Source of the DNA: Eledone cirrhosa
Lineage: Eukaryota
Direction: 5' to 3'
Assembly (NCBI GenBank): GCA_964016885.1
Contig: OZ024758.1
Span: 36,704,001-36,768,000, forward strand
Length of the DNA: 64,000 bases
Shown here: in pieces, positions 12,000-25,370 of the stretch
Layout of the letters: each line of letters opens with the position of its first letter
How positions within the stretch are numbered: the stretch's first letter is position 1
Notes under the pieces: generated by a model
What the model was told of the DNA's origin: nothing
Database searches by the model: none
What the model saw: only the letters and a program-made list of their open reading frames with translations
Translations under genes and position numbers: made by a program

Positions 12000-14900
12000 T
12001 CATGGTATTAGTTGTCAGAAGTAACTCCAATGTTGGTGAGAATTCATTTAAGTTCATGGTACTAGCTGTCAGAAGTAACTCCACTGTTGGTGAGAATTCA
12101 TTTAAGTTCATGGTATTAGCTGTCAGAAGTAACTCCACTGTTGGTGAGAATTCATTTAAATCATGGTATTAGTTGTCAGAAGTAACTCCAATGTTGGTAA
12201 GAATTCATTTAAGTTCATGGTACTAGCTGTCAGAAGTAACTCCACTGTTGGTGAGAATTCATTTAAGTTCATGGTATTAGCTGTCAGAAGTAACTCCACT
12301 GTTGGTGAGAATTCATTTAAGTCATGGTATTAGCTGTCAGAAGTAACTCCATTGTTGGTGAGAATTCATTGAAGTCATGGTACTAGCTGTCAGAAGTAAC
12401 TCCAATGTTGGTGAGAATTCAGTTAAGTTCATGGTATTAGCTGTCAGAAGGAACTCCAATGTTGGTGAGAATTCATTTAAGTTCATGGTATTAGTTGTCA
12501 GAAGTAACTCCACTGTTGGTGAGAATTCATTTAAGTTCATGGTATTAGCTGTCAGAAGTAACTCCACTGTTGGTGAGAATTCATTTAAGTTCATGGTATT
12601 AGCTGTCAGAAGGAACGCCACTGTTGGTGAGAATTCATTTAAGTTCATGGTATTAGCTGTCAGAAGTAACTCAACTGTTGGTGAGAATTCATTTAAGTTC
12701 ATGGTACTAGTTGTCAGAAGTAACTCCACTGTTGGTGAGAATTCATTTAAGTTCATGGTATTAGTTGTCAGAAGTAACTCCACTGTTGGTGAGAATTCAT
12801 TTAAGTCATGGTATTAGTTGTCAGAAGTAACTCCACTGTTGGTGAGAATTCATTTAAGTTCATGGTATTAGCTGTCAGAAGTAACCCCAATGTTGGTGAG
12901 AATTCATTTAAGTTCATGGTTCTAGCTGTCAGAAGTAACTCCACTGTTGGTGAGAATTCATTTAAGTTCATGGTATTAGCTGTCAGAAGTAACTCCACTG
13001 TTGGTGAGAGTTCATTTAAGTCATGGTATTAGCTGTCAGAAGTAACTCCATTGTTGGTGAGAATTCATTTAAGTCATGGTACTAGCTGTCAGAAGTAACT
13101 CCACTGTTGGTGAGAATTCATTTAAGTTCATGGTATTAGCTGTCAGAAGGAACTCCACTGTTGGTGAGAATTCATTTAAGTTCATGGTACTAGCTGTCAG
13201 AAGTAACTCCACTGTTGGTGAGAATTCATTTAAGTTCATGGTATTAGTTTGTCAGAAGTAACTCCACTGTTGGTGAGAATTCATTTAATTCATGGTATTA
13301 GTTGTCAGAAGTAACTCCAATGTTGGTGAGAATTCATTTAAGTCATGGTACTAGCTGTCAGAAGTAACTCCAATGTTGGTGAGAATTCATTTAAGTTCAT
13401 GGTATTAGCTGTCAGAAGGAACTCCACTGTTGGTGAGAATTCATTTAAGTTCATGGTATTAGCTGTCAGAAGTAACTCCACTGTTGGCGAGAATTCATTT
13501 AAGTTCATGGTACTAGCTGTCAGAAGTAACTCCAATGTTGGTGAGAATTCATTTAAGTTCATGGTATTAGCTGTCAGAAGTAACTCCACTGTTGGTGAGA
13601 ATTTATTTAAGTCATGGTATTAGCTGTCAGAAGTAACTCCAATGTTGGTGAGAATTCATTTAAGTTCATGGTACTAGCTGTCAGAAGTAACTCCACTGTT
13701 GGTGAGAATTCATTTAAGTTCATGGTATTAGTTTGTCAGAAGTAACTCCACTGTTGGTGAGAATTCATTTAAGTCATGGTATTAGTTGTCAGAAGTAACT
13801 CCAATGTTGGTGAGAATTCATTTAAGTTCATGGTACTAGCTGTCAGAAGTAACTCCACTGTTGGTGAGAATTCATTTAAGTTCATGGTATTAGCTGTCAG
13901 AAGTAACTCCACTGTTGGTGAGAATTCATTTAAATCATGGTATTAGTTGTCAGAAGTAACTCCAATGTTGGTAAGAATTCATTTAAGTTCATGGTACTAG
14001 CTGTCAGAAGTAACTCCACTGTTGGTGAGAATTCATTTAAGTTCATGGTATTAGCTGTCAGAAGTAACTCCACTGTTGGTGAGAATTCATTTAAGTCATG
14101 GTATTAGCTGTCAGAAGTAACTCCATTGTTGGTGAGAATTCATTGAAGTCATGGTACTAGCTGTCAGAAGTAACTCCAATGTTGGTGAGAATTCAGTTAA
14201 GTTCATGGTATTAGCTGTCAGAAGGAACTCCAATGTTGGTGAGAATTCATTTAAGTTCATGGTATTAGTTGTCAGAAGTAACTCCACTGTTGGTGAGAAT
14301 TCATTTAAGTTCATGGTATTAGCTGTCAGAAGTAACTCCACTGTTGGTGAGAATTCATTTAAGTTCATGGTATTAGCTGTCAGAAGGAACGCCACTGTTG
14401 GTGAGAATTCATTTAAGTTCATGGTATTAGCTGTCAGAAGTAACTCAACTGTTGGTGAGAATTCATTTAAGTTCATGGTACTAGTTGTCAGAAGTAACTC
14501 CACTGTTGGTGAGAATTCATTTAAGTTCATGGTATTAGTTGTCAGAAGTAACTCCACTGTTGGTGAGAATTCATTTAAGTTCATGGTATTAGCTGTCAGA
14601 AGTAACCCCAATGTTGGTGAGAATTCATTTAAGTTCATGGTTCTAGCTGTCAGAAGTAACTCCACTGTTGGTGAGAATTCATTTAAGTTCATGGTATTAG
14701 CTGTCAGAAGTAACTCCACTGTTGGTGAGAGTTCATTTAAGTCATGGTATTAGCTGTCAGAAGTAACTCCATTGTTGGTGAGAATTCATTTAAGTCATGG
14801 TACTAGCTGTCAGAAGTAACTCCACTGTTGGTGAGAATTCATTTAAGTTCATGGTATTAGCTGTCAGAAGGAACTCCACTGTTGGTGAGAATTCATTTAA

Positions 14901-15110
14901 GTTCATGGTACTAGCTGTCAGAAGTAACTTCACTGTTGGTGAGAATTCATTTAAGTTCATGGTATTAGTTTGTCAGAAGTAACTCCACTGTTGGTGAGAA
15001 TTCATTTAATTCATGGTATTAGTTGTCAGAAGTAACTCCAATGTTGGTGAGAATTCATTTAAGTCATGGTACTAGCTGTCAGAAGTAACTCCAATGTTGG
15101 TGAGAATTCA
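12000..15110 (+). repeat. 33/32-monomer tandem duplication (offset 1774 then 1721 bp)
   Basis: 12377->14151 = 1774 and 13076->14797 = 1721, so one 53-bp monomer is missing in the second copy. Both copies carry rare ggtaag and cattgaag. Confidence 0.8.
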
Positions 15111-18100
15111 TTTAAGTTCATGGTATTAGCTGTCAGAAGTAACTCCACTGTTGGCGAGAATTCATTTAAGTTCATGGTACTAGCTGTCAGAAGTAACTCC
15201 AATGTTGGTGAGAATTCATTTAAGTTCATGGTATTAGCTGTCAGAAGTAACTCCACTGTTGGTGAGAATTCATTTAAGTCATGGTATTAGCTGTCAGAAG
15301 TAACTCCAATGTTGGTGAGAATTCATTTACGTTCATGGTACTAGCTGTCAGAAGTAACTCCACTGTTGGTGAGAATTCATTTAAGTTCATGGTATTAGTT
15401 TGTCAGAAGTAACTCCACTGTTGGTGAGAATTCATTTAAGTCATGGTATTAGTTGTCAGAAGTTTACTCCAATGTTGGTGAGAATTCATTTAAGTTCATG
15501 GTACTAGCTGTCAGAAGTAATTCCACTGTTGGTGAGAATTCATTTAAGTTCATGGTATTAGCTGTCAGAAGTAACTCCACTGTTGGTGAGAATTCATTTA
15601 AGTCATGGTATTAGCTGTCAGAAGTAACTCCAATGTTGGTGAGAATTCATTTAAGTCATGGTACTAGCTGTCAGAAGTAACTCCACTGTTGGTGAGAATT
15701 CATTTAAGTTCATGGTATTAGCTGTCAGAAGTAACTCCACTGTTGGTGAGAATTCATTTAAGTTCATGGTACTAGCTGTCAGAAGTAACTCCACTGTTGG
15801 TGAGAATTCATTTAAGTTCATGGTACTAGCTGTCAGAAGTAACTCCACTGTTGGTGAGAATTCAGTTAAGTTCATGGTATTAGTTGTCAGAAGTAACTCC
15901 ACTGTTGGTGAGAATTCATTTAAATCATGGTATTAGTTGTCAGAAGTAACTCCAATGTTGGTGAGAATTCATTTAATTTCATGGTACTAGCTGTCAGAAG
16001 TAACTCCACTGTTGGTGAGAAATCATTTAAGTCATGGTATTAGTTGTCAGAAGTAACTCCAATGTTGGTGAGAATTCATTTAAGTTCATGGTACTAGCTG
16101 TCAGAAGTAACTCCACTGTTGGTGAGAATTCATTTAAGTTCATGGTATTAGCTGTCAGAAGTAACTCCACTGTTGGTGAGAATTCATTTAAGTCATGGTA
16201 TTAGTTGTCAGAAGTAACTCCAATGTTGGTGAGAATTCATTTAAGTTCATGGTACTAGCTGTCAGAAGTAACTCCACTGTTGGTGAGAATTCATTTAAGT
16301 TCATGGTATTAGCTGTCAGAAGTAACTCCACTGTTGGTGAGAATTCATTTAAGTTCATGGTATTAGCTGTCAGAAGTAACTCCACTGTTGGTGAGAATTC
16401 ATTTAAGTTCATGGTATTAGCTGTCAGAAGTAACTCCACTGTTGGTGAGAATTCATTTAAGTTCATGGTATTAGCTGTCAGAAGTCACTCCACTGTTGGT
16501 GAGAATTCATTTAAGTTCATGGTATTAGCTGTCAGAAGTAACTCCACTGTTGGTGAGAATTCATTTAAGTTCATGGTATTAGCTGTCAGAAGGAACTCCA
16601 CTGTTGGTGAGAATTCATTTAAGTTCATGGTACTAGCTGTCAGAAGTAACTCCACTGTTGGTGAGAATTCATTTAAGTTCATGGTATTAGTTTGTCAGAA
16701 GTAACTCCACTGTTGGTGAGAATTCATTTAATTCATGGTATTAGTTGTCAGAAGTAACTCCAATGTTGGTGAGAATTCATTTAAGTCATGGTACTAGCTG
16801 TCAGAAGTAACTCCAATGTAGGTGAGAATTCATTTAAGTTCATGGTATTAGCTGTCAGAAGTAACTCCACTGTTGGTGAGAATTCATTTAAGTTCATGGT
16901 ACTAGTTGTCAGAAATAACTCCACTGTTGGTGAGAATTCATTTAAGTTCATGTTACTAGCTGTCAGAAGTAACTCCACTGTTGGTGAGAATTCATTTAAG
17001 TTCATGGTATTAGTTTGTCAGAAGTAACTCCACTGTTGGTGAGAATTCATTTAATTCATGGTATTAGTTGTCAGAAGTAACTCCAATGTTGGTGAGAATT
17101 CATTTAAGTCATGGTACTAGCTGTCAGAAGTAACTCCAATGTTGGTGAGAATTCATTTAAGTTCATGGTATTAGCTGTCAGAAGTAACTCCACTGTTGGC
17201 GAGAATTCATTTAAGTTCATGGTACTAGCTGTCAGAAGTAACTCCAATGTTGGTGAGAATTCATTTAAGTTCATGGTATTAGCTGTCAGAAGTAACTCCA
17301 CTGTTGGTGAGAATTCATTTAAGTCATGGTATTAGCTGTCAGAAGTAACTCCAATGTTGGTGAGAATTCATTTACGTTCATGGTACTAGCTGTCAGAAGT
17401 AACTCCACTGTTGGTGAGAATTCATTTAAGTTCATGGTATTAGTTTGTCAGAAGTAACTCCACTGTTGGTGAGAATTCATTAAAGTCATGGTATTAGTTG
17501 TCAGAAGTTTACTCCAATGTTGGTGAGAATTCATTTAAGTTCATGGTACTAGCTGTCAGAAGTAATTCCACTGTTGGTGAGAATTCATTTAAGTTCATGG
17601 TATTAGCTGTCAGAAGTAACTCCACTGTTGGTGAGAATTCATTTAAGTCATGGTATTAGCTGTCAGAAGTAACTCCAATGTTGGTGAGAATTCATTTAAG
17701 TCATGGTACTAGCTGTCAGAAGTAACTCCACTGTTGGTGAGAATTCATTTAAGTTCATGGTATTAGCTGTCAGAAGTAACTCCACTGTTGGTGAGAATTC
17801 ATTTAAGTTCATGGTACTAGCTGTCAGAAGTAACTCCACTGTTGGTGAGAATTCATTTAAGTTCATGGTACTAGCTGTCAGAAGTAACTCCACTGTTGGT
17901 GAGAATTCAGTTAAGTTCATGGTATTAGTTGTCAGAAGTAACTCCACTGTTGGTGAGAATTCATTTAAATCATGGTATTAGTTGTCAGAAGTAACTCCAA
18001 TGTTGGTGAGAATTCATTTAATTTCATGGTACTAGCTGTCAGAAGTAACTCCACTGTTGGTGAGAAATCATTTAAGTCATGGTATTAGTTGTCAGAAGTA

Positions 18101-19080
18101 ACTCCAATGTTGGTGAGAATTCATTTAAGTTCATGGTACTAGCTGTCAGAAGTAACTCCACTGTTGGTGAGAATTCATTTAAGTTCATGGTATTAGCTGT
18201 CAGAAGTAACTCCACTGTTGGTGAGAATTCATTTAAGTCATGGTATTAGTTGTCAGAAGTAACTCCAATGTTGGTGAGAATTCATTTAAGTTCATGGTAC
18301 TAGCTGTCAGAAGTAACTCCACTGTTGGTGAGAATTCATTTAAGTTCATGGTATTAGCTGTCAGAAGTAACTCCACTGTTGGTGAGAATTCATTTAAGTT
18401 CATGGTATTAGCTGTCAGAAGTAACTCCACTGTTGGTGAGAATTCATTTAAGTTCATGGTATTAGCTGTCAGAAGTAACTCCACTGTTGGTGAGAATTCA
18501 TTTAAGTTCATGGTATTAGCTGTCAGAAGTCACTCCACTGTTGGTGAGAATTCATTTAAGTTCATGGTATTAGCTGTCAGAAGTAACTCCACTGTTGGTG
18601 AGAATTCATTTAAGTTCATGGTATTAGCTGTCAGAAGGAACTCCACTGTTGGTGAGAATTCATTTAAGTTCATGGTACTAGCTGTCAGAAGTAACTCCAC
18701 TGTTGGTGAGAATTCATTTAAGTTCATGGTATTAGTTTGTCAGAAGTAACTCCACTGTTGGTGAGAATTCATTTAATTCATGGTATTAGTTGTCAGAAGT
18801 AACTCCAATGTTGGTGAGAATTCATTTAAGTCATGGTACTAGCTGTCAGAAGTAACTCCAATGTAGGTGAGAATTCATTTAAGTTCATGGTATTAGCTGT
18901 CAGAAGTAACTCCACTGTTGGTGAGAATTCATTTAAGTTCATGGTACTAGTTGTCAGAAGTAACTCCACTGTTGGTGAGAATTCATTTAAGTTCATGTTA
19001 CTAGCTGTCAGAAGTAACTCCACTGTTGGTGAGAATTCATTTAAGTTCATGGTATTAGTTTGTCAGAAGTAACTCCACTG
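14961..19080 (+). repeat. 38-monomer (2045-bp) tandem duplication
   Basis: 15066->17111, 15658->17703, 16195->18240 and 16788->18833 all equal 2045. Visible differences include 16915 and 17482. Confidence 0.9.
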
Positions 19081-19649
19081 TTGTTGAGAATTCATTTAAG
19101 TTCATGGTATTAGCTGTCAGAAGTAACTCCACTGTTGGTGAGAATTCATTTAAGTTCATGGTACTAGCTGTCAGAAGTAACTCCAATGTTGGTGAGAATT
19201 CATTTAAGTTCATGGTATTAGCTGTCAGAAGTAACTCCACTGTTGGTGAGAATTCATTTAAGTCATGGTATTAGCTGTCAGAAGTAACTCCAATGTTGGT
19301 GAGAATTCATTTAAGTTCATGGTATTAGCTGTCAGAAGTAACTCCACTGTTGGTGAGAATTCATTTAAGTTCACGGTACTAGCTGTCAGAAGTAACTCCA
19401 CTGTTGGTGAGAATTCATTTAAGTTCATGGTATTAGTTTGTCAGAAGTAACTCCACTGTTGGTGAGAATTCATTTAAGTCATGGTATTAGTTGTCAGAAG
19501 TTTACTCCAATGTTGGTGAGAATTCATTTAAGTTCATGGTACTATCTGTCAGAAGTAACTCCACTGTTGGTGAGAATTCATTTAAGTTCATGGTATTAGC
19601 TGTCAGAAGTAACTCCACTGTTGGTGAGAATTCATTTAAGTCATGGTAT

Positions 19650-22600
19650 TAGCTGTCAGAAGTAACTCCAATGTTGGTGAGAATTCATTTAAGTCATGGT
19701 ACTAGCTGTCAGAAGTAACTCCAATGTTGGTGAGAATTCAGTTAAGTTCATGGTATTAGCTGTCAGAAGGAACTCCACTGTTGGTGAGAATTCATTTAAG
19801 TTCATGGTATTAGCTGTCAGAAGTAACTCCACTGTTGGTGAGAATTCATTTAAGTTCATGGTACTAGCTGTCAGAAGTAACTCCACTGTTGGTGAGAATT
19901 CATTTAAGTTCATGGTACTAGCTGTCAGAAGTAACTCCACTGTTGGTGAGAATTCAGTTAAGTTCATGGTATTAGTTGTCAGAAGTAACTCCACTGTTGG
20001 TGAGAATTCATTTAAATCATGGTATTAGTTGTCAGAAGTAACTCCAATGTTGGTGAGAATTCATTTAATTTCATGGTACTAGCTGTCAGAAGTAACTCCA
20101 CTGTTGGTGAGAAATCATTTAAGTCATGGTATTAGTTGTCAGAAGTAACTCCAATGTTGGTGAGAATTCATTTAAGTTCATGGTACTAGCTGTCAGAAGT
20201 AACTCCACTGTTGGTGAGAATTCATTTAAGTTCATGGTATTAGCTGTCAGAAGTAACTCCACTGTTGGTGAGAATTCATTTAAGTCATGGTATTAGTTGT
20301 CAGAAGTAACTCCAATGTTGGTGAGAATTCATTTAAGTTCATGGTACTAGCTGTCAGAAGTAACTCCACTGTTGGTGAGAATTCATTTAAGTTCATGGTA
20401 TTAGCTGTCAGAAGTAACTCCACTGTTGGTGAGAATTCATTTAAGTTCATGGTATTAGCTGTCAGAAGTAACTCCACTGTTGGTGAGAATTCATTTAAGT
20501 TCATGGTATTAGCTGTCAGAAGTAACTCCACTGTTGGTGAGAATTCATTTAAGTTCATGGTATTAGCTGTCAGAAGGAACTCCAATGTTGGTGAGAATTC
20601 ATTTAAGTCATGGTATTAGCTGTCAGAAGTAACTCCATTGTTGGTGAGAATTCATTTAAGTCATGGTACTAGCTGTCAGAAGTAACTCCACTGTTGGTGA
20701 GAATTCATTTAAGTTCATGGTATTAGCTGTCAGAAGGAACTCCACTGTTGATAAGAATTCATTTAAGTTCATGGTATTAGCTGTCAGAAGTAACTCCACT
20801 GTTGGTGAGAATTCATTTAAGTTCATGGTACTAGCTGTCAGAAGTAACTCCACTGTTGGTGAGAATTCATTTAAGTTCATGGTACTAGCTGTCAGAAGTA
20901 ACTCCACTGTTGGTGAGAATTCATTTAAGTTCATGGTACTAGCTGTCAGAAGTAACCCCAATGTTGGTGAGAATTCATTTAAGTTCATGGTATTAGCTGT
21001 CAGAAGTCACTCCAATGTTGGTGAGAATTCATTTAAGTTCATGGTATTAGCTGTGAGAAGTCACTCCACTGTTGGTGAGAATTCATTTAAGTTCATGGTA
21101 TTAGCTGTCAGAAGTACCTCCACTGTTGGTGAGAATTCATTTAAGTTCATGGTATTAGCTGTCAGAAGTAACTCCACTGTTGGTGAGAATTCATTTAAGT
21201 TCATGGTATTAGCTGTCAGAAGGAACTCCAATGTTGGTGAGAATTCATTTAAGTCATGGTACTAGCTGTCAGAAGTAACTCCACTGTTGGTGAGAATTCA
21301 TTTAAGTTCATGGTATTAGCTGTCAGAAGTAACTCCACTGTTGGTGAGAATTCATTTAAGTTCATGGTACTAGCTGTCAGAAGTAACTCCAATGTTGGTG
21401 AGAATTCATTTAAGTTCATGGTATTAGCTGTCAGAAGGAACTCCACTGTTGGTGAGAATTCATTTAAGTTCATGGTATTAGCTGTCAGAAGTCACTCCAC
21501 TGTTGGTGAGAATTCATTTAATTTCATGGTACTAGCTGTCAGAAGTAACTCCACTGTTGGTGAGAAATCATTTAAGTCATGGTATTAGTTGTCAGAAGTA
21601 ACTCCAATGTTGGTGAGAATTCATTTAAGTTCATGGTACTAGCTGTCAGAAGTAACTCCACTGTTGGTGAGAATTCATTTAAGTTCATGGTATTAGCTGT
21701 CAGAAGTAACTCCACTGTTGGTGAGAATTCATTTAAGTCATGGTATTAGTTGTCAGAAGTAACTCCAATGTTGGTGAGAATTCATTTAAGTTCATGGTAC
21801 TAGCTGTCAGAAGTAACTCCACTGTTGGTGAGAATTCATTTAAGTTCATGGTATTAGCTGTCAGAAGTAACTCCACTGTTGGTGAGAATTCATTTAAGTT
21901 CATGGTATTAGCTGTCAGAAGTAACTCCACTGTTGGTGAGAATTCATTTAAGTTCATGGTATTAGCTGTCAGAAGTAACTCCACTGTTGGTGAGAATTCA
22001 TTTAAGTTCATGGTATTAGCTGTCAGAAGGAACTCCACTGTTGGTGAGAATTCATTTAAGTTCATGGTATTAGCTGTCAGAAGTAACTCCACTGTTGGTG
22101 AGAATTCATTTAAGTTCATGGTATTAGCTGTCAGAAGGAACTCCACTGTTGGTGAGAATTCATTTAAGTTCATGGTACTAGCTGTCAGAAGTAACTCCAC
22201 TGTTGGTGAGAATTCATTTAAGTTCATGGTATTAGTTTGTCAGAAGTAACTCCACTGTTGGTGAGAATTCATTTAATTCATGGTATTAGTTGTCAGAAGT
22301 AACTCCAATGTTGGTGAGAATTCATTTAAGTCATGGTACTAGCTGTCAGAAGTAACTCCAATGTAGGTGAGAATTCATTTAAGTTCATGGTATTAGCTGT
22401 CAGAAGTAACTCCACTGTTGGTGAGAATTCATTTAAGTTCATGGTACTAGTTGTCAGAAGTAACTCCACTGTTGGTGAGAATTCATTTAAGTTCATGTTA
22501 CTAGCTGTCAGAAGTAACTCCACTGTTGGTGAGAATTCATTTAAGTTCATGGTATTAGTTTGTCAGAAGTAACTCCACTGTTGGTGAGAATTCATTTAAT

Positions 22601-25370
22601 TCATGGTATTAGTTGTCAGAAGTAACTCCAATGTTGGTGAGAATTCATTTAAGTCATGGTACTAGCTGTCAGAAGTAACTCCAATGTTGGTGAGAATTCA
22701 TTTAAGTTCATGGTATTAGCTGTCAGAAGTAACTCCACTGTTGGCGAGAATTCATTTAAGTTCATGGTACTAGCTGTCAGAAGTAACTCCAATGTTGGTG
22801 AGAATTCATTTAAGTTCATGGTATTAGCTGTCAGAAGTAACTCCACTGTTGGTGAGAATTCATTTAAGTCATGGTATTAGCTGTCAGAAGTAACTCCAAT
22901 GTTGGTGAGAATTCATTTACGTTCATGGTACTAGCTGTCAGAAGTAACTCCACTGTTGGTGAGAATTCATTTAAGTTCATGGTATTAGTTTGTCAGAAGT
23001 AACTCCACTGTTGGTGAGAATTCATTTAAGTCATGGTATTAGTTGTCAGAAGTTTACTCCAATGTTGGTGAGAATTCATTTAAGTTCATGGTACTAGCTG
23101 TCAGAAGTAATTCCACTGTTGGTGAGAATTCATTTAAGTTCATGGTATTAGCTGTCAGAAGTAACTCCAATGTTGGTGAGAATTCATTTAAGTCATGGTA
23201 CTAGCTGTCAGAAGTAACTCCAATGTTGGTGAGAATTCAGTTAAGTTGATGGTATTAGCTGTCAGAAGGAACTCCACTGTTGGTGAGAATTCATTTAAGT
23301 TCATGGTATTAGCTGTCAGAAGTAACTCCACTGTTGGTGAGAATTCATTTAAGTTCATGGTACTAGCTGTCAGAAGTAACTCCACTGTTGGTGAGAATTC
23401 ATTTAAGTTCATGGTACTAGCTGTCAGAAGTAACTCCACTGTTGGTGAGAATTCAGTTAAGTTCATGGTATTAGTTGTCAGAAGTAACTCCACTGTTGGT
23501 GAGAATTCATTTAAATCATGGTATTAGTTGTCAGAAGTAACTCCAATGTTGGTGAGAATTCATTTAATTTCATGGTACTAGCTGTCAGAAGTAACTCCAC
23601 TGTTGGTGAGAAATCATTTAAGTCATGGTATTAGTTGTCAGAAGTAACTCCAATGTTGGTGAGAATTCATTTAAGTTCATGGTACTAGCTGTCAGAAGTA
23701 ACTCCACTGTTGGTGAGAATTCATTTAAGTTCATGGTATTAGCTGTCAGAAGTAACTCCACTGTTGGTGAGAATTCATTTAAGTCATGGTATTAGTTGTC
23801 AGAAGTAACTCCAATGTTGGTGAGAATTCATTTAAGTTCATGGTACTAGCTGTCAGAAGTAACTCCACTGTTGGTGAGAATTCATTTAAGTTCATGGTAT
23901 TAGCTGTCAGAAGTAACTCCACTGTTGGTGAGAATTCATTTAAGTTCATGGTATTAGCTGTCAGAAGTAACTCCACTGTTGGTGAGAATTCAGTTAAGTT
24001 CATGGTATTAGCTGTCAGAAGTAACTCCACTGTTGGTGAGAATTCATTTAAGTTCATGGTATTAGCTGTCAGAAGGAACTCCAATGTTGGTGAGAATTCA
24101 TTTAAGTCATGGTATTAGCTGTCAGAAGTAACTCCATTGTTGGTGAGAATTCATTTAAGTCATGGTACTAGCTGTCAGAAGTAACTCCACTGTTGGTGAG
24201 AATTCATTTAAGTTCATGGTATTAGCTGTCAGAAGGAACTCCACTGTTGGTAAGAATTCATTTAAGTTCATGGTATTAGCTGTCAGAAGTAACTCCACTG
24301 TTGGTGAGAATTCATTTAAGTTCATGGTACTAGCTGTCAGAAGTAACTCCACTGTTGGTGAGAATTCATTTAAGTTCATGGTACTAGCTGTCAGAAGTAA
24401 CTCCACTGTTGGTGAGAATTCATTTAAGTTCATGGTACTAGCTGTCAGAAGTAACCCCAATGTTGGTGAGAATTCATTTAAGTTCATGGTATTAGCTGTC
24501 AGAAGTCACTCCAATGTTGGTGAGAATTCATTTAAGTTCATGGTATTAGCTGTGAGAAGTCACTCCACTGTTGGTGAGAATTCATTTAAGTTCATGGTAT
24601 TAGCTGTCAGAAGTACCTCCACTGTTGGTGAGAATTCATTTAAGTTCATGGTATTAGCTGTCAGAAGTAACTCCACTGTTGGTGAGAATTCATTTAAGTT
24701 CATGGTATTAGCTGTCAGAAGGAACTCCAATGTTGGTGAGAATTCATTTAAGTCATGGTACTAGCTGTCAGAAGTAACTCCACTGTTGGTGAGAATTCAT
24801 TTAAGTTCATGGTATTAGCTGTCAGAAGTAACTCCACTGTTGGTGAGAATTCATTTAAGTTCATGGTACTAGCTGTCAGAAGTAACTCCAATGTTGGTGA
24901 GAATTCATTTAAGTTCATGGTATTAGCTGTCAGAAGGAACTCCACTGTTGGTGAGAATTCATTTAAGTTCATGGTATTAGCTGTCAGAAGTCACTCCACT
25001 GTTGGTGAGAATTCATTTAATTTCATGGTACTAGCTGTCAGAAGTAACTCCACTGTTGGTGAGAAATCATTTAAGTCATGGTATTAGTTGTCAGAAGTAA
25101 CTCCAATGTTGGTGAGAATTCATTTAAGTTCATGGTACTAGCTGTCAGAAGTAACTCCACTGTTGGTGAGAATTCATTTAAGTTCATGGTATTAGCTGTC
25201 AGAAGTAACTCCACTGTTGGTGAGAATTCATTTAAGTCATGGTATTAGTTGTCAGAAGTAACTCCAATGTTGGTGAGAATTCATTTAAGTTCATGGTACT
25301 AGCTGTCAGAAGTAACTCCACTGTTGGTGAGAATTCATTTAAGTTCATGGTATTAGCTGTCAGAAGTAAC
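19650..25370 (+). repeat. Block repeated at a 3499-bp (65-monomer) offset
   Basis: 19696->23195, 20287->23786, 20663->24162 and 21256->24755 all equal 3499. Confidence 0.8.
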